A stretch of DNA of 64,000 nt from Macrostomum lignano (taxonomy: Eukaryota). The DNA lies in the NCBI GenBank assembly GCA_002269645.1, contig NIVC01000268.1:186001-250000 (forward strand), given 5' to 3'. The notes beneath the pieces are model-generated. The model was not told where the DNA came from. It worked only from the letters and a program-made list of their open reading frames with translations, and made no database searches. This document shows positions 59,301 through 64,000 of this stretch, in pieces. The position numbers were made by a program, and so were the translations under genes. The stretch's first letter is position 1. Each line of letters opens with the position of its first letter.

Positions 59301-59397
59301 CTTCAGTGAATGCCGCCAAGTTAGAGGGGAGTCTAACCCTCGTTGAAGGGACCTCTATGATTTGCCGGTCGGAATAAAATATTACCAGGAACTTCAT
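56321..59397 (-). CDS. transposon accessory protein (DUF4806-like); join(59212-59397, 58702-58857, 57891-58604, 57456-57660, 56321-57315), about 751 aa
   Basis: Five phase-compatible GT-AG exons (2256 nt). MKFLVIF..IIEVP start; FWPISS..L..DSLRAML..ELQAAVNFIG..LAFRTL..VVDQLKRGGDR fits the DUF4806 pattern; C-terminal 51-aa repeats. Confidence 0.7.
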
Positions 59398-59792
59398 AAT
59401 ATAGATAAATTTATAATAGATGCTACTGAGAATGCGTCGTCAATACAAAGCTATAGACTGAGGTATAGAATACAGAGTCGATGGGTTAAATTTCCTGCGC
59501 TTATTATAGATCCTTACCGAAAGTTATATGAGCCCCGTACATGTATGTCGTGGGGAAGGGAATCACTCCTCGCCACGAGCCAATGGAATGAGTTGAAGGT
59601 TAAACCACCCAGGGTTGGACTGCTTCTCTATCACTGTGACCCACCGCCTCCCACCAATCCAGCATTTCTGAAGAGTTATTGTTTATATTTCAGTTTAGTA
59701 ATTATTAACTTATTATTTTAACATTTACGAATTAAGGATTTCAACGATTACTTTTTTAAATCCTGCGGTTTGCGTCACCAATAATAGTGTCC

Positions 59793-62296
59793 ATGGAAGC
59801 CCGCAATGTTCGTCGCAAGACCGATAAATACTTGCTAACGTTGTTTGCTAGCAACTTCAAAGACAGCTCTGCTCTGCAGCTTTCAGGTTTTGACTCTGAA
59901 GATGCGTTTGAAGTTCCTGTTGATACCGAGAGCAGCGCAGGTAAGTCATGAAGGAAAATCAGAGCAGAAAAGTGAGGAGAGGGAGGAAAAGATTGGGGAG
60001 GAGAGATCAGAGGAAAGAGCGGAGGAGAGAGCGGAAGAGATTGCGGAGGAGAGAGTGGAAGAGACTGCGGAGGAGAGAAGGAGGAGAGAGCGGAAGAGAT
60101 TGCGGAGGAGAGAGAGGAGGAGAGAGTGGAAGAGACTGCGGAGGAGAGAAGGAGGAGAGAGCGGAAGAGATTGCGGAGGAGAGAGCAGAGCAGAGGAGAG
60201 AGCGGAGGAGAGAGCAGAAGAGATTGCGGAGGAGAGAGAGGAGGAGAGAGCGGAAGAGATTGCGGAGGAGAGAGCAGAGGAGAGAGCGGAGGAGAGAGCG
60301 GAGGAGAGAGCGGAGGAGAGAGCGGAGGAGAGAGCAGAGGAGAGAGCGGAGGAGAGAGCAGAGGAGAGAGTGGAGGAGAATTCTTTACCATTTTTACTTT
60401 TTTACCATTCTTTCAGCTGCGGCAGTTCCTCCTGCTGACCCGGAGTACTTCTACTTAGGGCAGGACTCTGAAGAATGGAATATTTCTGGTGAACTAGAAT
60501 CTGTCTGCTCTGAGTCTTTTGAAGAGAAAAATGAAGAAAGTGAAATGGAGGAACTGCAGAGCGAAGAGTTCGAAGATAATCGCACTTTGAAGGAAAAGCT
60601 ACAGAATTTACTTGTCGCTTTAATGGCCTTTCATAACGTAGGTCGTGAGACAATGTCATTTATGATCCAGGAGCTGAATGGTATGGGTTTGCCCACTCCT
60701 AAATCTGTGAGCTCGATTGAAACAATCGTGAAAGCATCTGAGCCACCAAGTAAACTGGTTCCGATGGGCAGGGGCCAGTTTCGATACGTATCTATAACAA
60801 ACAATCTGCACGAAATTTATCGCCGCCAGTTACTGAAACTAAACCCGGAAAATCTACGTCACGAAGGCGAGACGAGTGTGTTTGAACTGAGAGGAATAGT
60901 CAACTGCGATGGACTGCCTCTGTACAAATCTACGTCTTTTGGTTTGTGGCCAATCCTGATGAAGATTCCGGAAGCTTTTCCAAGACCGTTTCCTATTGCG
61001 ATTTGGGTCGGTGAAGGCAAGCCTCCTCTGGATGAGTACCTGAACGACTTCATCCTGGAAGCGAAGCAGTATCTGTCAGAGCCTGTCAAAATTGGAGACA
61101 ACATAAGTGTTGCATTTTCAACGATTGACTTTGTCTGCGACACCCCAGCGCGCGCTTTTCTAATGCGCACTCTGGGCCATAACTCCTACCATGCATGTAC
61201 ATACTGCCGGGCTACTGGCAGTTACCAAGACAACCGAGTCACTTTTCCGGTAAAAGTTGGAGAAGGCCGATGCGGAAAAATGTACCGCGCGGGACTTTAG
61301 TCCTCTCAGGATTTTGGACGGTCCAATAAACTGTCGCCACTCCTTCAACTTCCAAACGTGGATTTCGTTGAATCCTTTCCGGTGGACTATCAGCACGCCG
61401 TTCTCTTAGGTGTGATGCGGAAACTAATGCACTTTTACTTTCCTCCTTCAAAGAAGAACAACCGAGTGAACAATTATCAGCGAAGTCTGTCTGACTGGAT
61501 TTCTGAGATTTCTAGCTGGACGCCGTCGAACTTTCAGAGAAGGCCTAGGCGAATCGACTCTAATTTGATGCATATGAAGGCGACAGAATTTCGCCAGTTC
61601 GTTCTGTACCTGGGACCGGCTCTTTTTAAAGGATTCATGCCTGCGCGCCTGTACAAAAACTTTCTGCTGCTGCATTTCGCCATCTACTGCTACTCATCCA
61701 ACAAATTTTCTCAGCATTGGGACAAGGCGAAAAGTTGCATAGAAGTATTCGTGGAGCAACTGGCAATTATTTTCGGCCCGAAGGTCATCAGCTTCAATGT
61801 TCACGCACTACTACATTTGGACCAATTTGTGAGAAAACTCGGCGGCCTTAACAACTTCTCTACGTTCCCATTCGAGAATTTCCTAGGAGCAGTTAAGCGG
61901 AAAGTTAAAGTCACGAGACACGCAGCGGCACATGCAGTGAAGCAGGTTTTGCGAGTACGGCTTATGATGCTGGAGAATGCATCTTTGCTGTCGATTCGGC
62001 CCCTGAAGTACAGTCGCAACAAGGGCGACAACTGCTGCTTCATAGGCGAGCGCTGCGTACTTCTAGACGATGTTTCTCTCGACGGCACAGTAACTGGCAG
62101 AATCCTAATTCCAGTCGAGGATATTTACACCTACCCATACCCGAGTTTGCAACTTGGAATAGGGCTGTACCGCGCTTCAGCAGACTCTATCAGTGGTCGG
62201 CCAAAGCGAAAGTGCTGGATGCTTCCAAAGCGGGGGGCGTCTGCCGACACATGTCAACTATTCTATGTGGTGCCGCTAACAGGAAACGACGACTAA
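59793..62296 (+). pseudogene. CMC/EnSpm-type transposase; join(59793-59940, 60417-62296) with one in-frame TAG at 61298-61300
   Basis: NCDGLPL..WPIL, CDTPARA..H.SY..C.YC, FPVDYQH.VLLGV, MKATEFRQF.LY.GP, HALLH and STFPFENFLG motifs; both ORF halves are in the same frame. Confidence 0.85.
59960..60380. repeat. purine-rich GGAGAGAGCGGAAGAGATTGC repeat inside the transposase intron
   Basis: Lies between the CAG|GTAAGT donor (59941) and the TTTCAG acceptor (60416). Confidence 0.9.
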
Positions 62297-63519
62297 GTCG
62301 TGTTTAGGTAATTCAGGCAGATATGGATTGATGATAGATAGGTATAGCATAGGTATAAGGATATATAGATAGACTAGCACTAGCAGTGTATTTCTTCCTA
62401 TCTGTGCGTGTGCATTGTTATTTGATATTCGTTCATAAATTCAAATAATTAACCATATGTTCTGTGATTCAGGCAGAATTCTGGTCTTAGAAGATAATGG
62501 GCAGCAAGTCAGGAAATAGGCGGGCCGCGGGACAATCTTTTGCTTGTATCAAAAATACCAACAAAAACCATGCGTTGCAAAAAAACAGTTCCCACAGCTT
62601 TTCTGCGCAACCCAGACAAAGATTTTTTATTGCCAAGACCAGGAAGGATTCTTAGAGCAGTTGTTCTATTGAATCATATAGATCGATACCCCCTCAGAAC
62701 AAACAAAGAGGTTTCCCCATCCGGGTCTTCTATTTCTCCCCTCTCTCTTATCTTATCAGTCGCTGATTTGAAAGGAGTTGCAGCTGTAGGACAGTCTAGG
62801 AATAGCATGGAATATCGTAAATAGGTGGCAACTGATGCCATTGAAAAGTTTTTTTTACTGTCACTGTGATTATATAGTTTGTTGTTTGAGTTGAATAGTT
62901 GAATACGAAGGCTGTCAATGCAAGCTTGAATGTGCAGAGTAAATTTATGGTCAAAATTTTGCAGTCTTCTGATCTCTCCGCTCTTCAGATCAAAGCGAAG
63001 GAAAATCGGATCAGCCTAAAGGAAGAGAAATTCTCGAAGAAGAATGGAAGCTACCAACTTGAAGCAGGATGTACGCTCGTAGACCGCAACTGATACGAAA
63101 ATAGATGCCGGATTTGATCAAACAAGAGCAATGGACTCATACTGCTAGTGCGGCGTGTAATGACTTATTTCAATTGTCAAAGTCAAGACTTAGTCTAGAA
63201 TTCGAATTGGGAAGTTAGAAACCCCAGAAAGTAGCTGAAATCTGGGAGACCCGGTCATAAGTGAATAGTCCCGAGCCTCGGTCCCTAAAAAATTACTGGT
63301 TGCGCTACTGAAACAGGGTGCTTTTAACCAGGGACTTCTCTATATATCATAGATGCTATATAGAGGTCCCTGCTTTTAACGAACCCAGCAACAAAAATTC
63401 TGAGTCACCATTTTTTCCATTAACAAGCTCAGTAAGGTCAGTAAACTCCGGATGCGGGCCTCTCTAACCGGCCCTCGGGTTTTTTGAAACTTCACAATAG
63501 CAATCCGGCCCGCTCAAGT

Positions 63520-63900
63520 TTTGTCTCTTCTCAGCTCTTTCTTCTTCCTCTTCTCTTTTCTCCCTTCTCTCCTTTCTCCTCTTCTCTCTCCTTTCCCCTC
63601 TCTCCCTTTTCTCCTCTCTCCTCTCTCACTTTTCTCTCTCTCCTCTTCTCTCCCTTTTTCCCCTCTCCTCTTCTCTTGCCTCTCCCCTCTCCTCTTCTCT
63701 CCCCTTTTCCCCTCTCCTCTTCTCTTGCCTCTCCCCTCTCCTCTTCTCTCCCCTTTTCCCCTCTCCTCTTCTCTTGCCTCTGCCCTCTCTCTTTCTCCTG
63801 TCTCATTTATTTTCTCTTATATCTTCTCTCATCCCATCTCCCTCATCGCCTCTCTTCTCTCATCTTTAATTTTCTATTCCTTATCCTTTCTACCCTCATC
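63520..63900. repeat. pyrimidine-rich low-complexity tract with internal duplication
   Basis: Read directly. Confidence 0.85.
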
Positions 63901-64000
63901 TGGCCTGCCGCCATGAGCTGAATTCTTCTCTACCTGGTCTTTAGGGTTTAGGGTTTTAGCCTTTAGGGTTTTCCAACCCCTGGGCCTGCATGGACTAGAG

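Larger units (their letters stand above)
55469..64000. mobile_element. CMC/EnSpm-type DNA transposon (left end CCCAGTGGGG after TA; right end not found in window)
   Basis: Abrupt end of SHOC2 homology at TA|CCCAG; contains a transposase and a DUF4806-like gene. Extent beyond about 62300 is inferred. Confidence 0.72.

Noticed and set aside
63940-63972. TTTAGGG-like repeats suggesting a telomere
   Set aside because: Only 3-4 imperfect units in a low-complexity context.
63968-63984. CCAACCCCTGGG as the right TIR of the EnSpm element
   Set aside because: Only about 5 terminal bases match the left end, and it is not followed by TA or by SHOC2 sequence.

Overview
Eukaryotic (metazoan invertebrate) genomic DNA, not prokaryotic: spliced GT-AG genes, SINEs, MITEs and minisatellite-packed introns. 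The style (GC-rich exons, poly-Q, repeat-filled introns) would fit a Macrostomum-like flatworm, but that is inference. Host genes: a C11orf54/ester-hydrolase homolog (minus; frameshift in exon 1, C-terminal exon not found), RPS4 (minus, 3 exons, intact but divergent), PHAF1/C16orf70 (plus, 3 exons), a dystroglycan-like gene (plus, 6 exons) and a SHOC2-like LRR gene (plus) whose third exon is cut by a large CMC/EnSpm-type DNA transposon. That element carries a divergent pair of intron-containing genes: a DUF4806-like gene and a transposase with one premature TAG. Also present are two tRNA-derived SINE families, mariner, hAT and Mutator-like non-autonomous elements with clear TSDs, a LINE RNase H remnant and more than 25 tandem arrays. 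No rRNA, intact tRNA or CRISPR. Best candidates for new biology: (1) a patchy ~9 kb domain of one-directional C-to-T/G-to-A hypermutation hitting CpA as well as CpG (RIP-like or non-CpG-methylation-like); (2) an exon bracketed by length-matched inverted minisatellites; (3) several damaged or divergent conserved genes side by side. All alignments and counts were done by hand.
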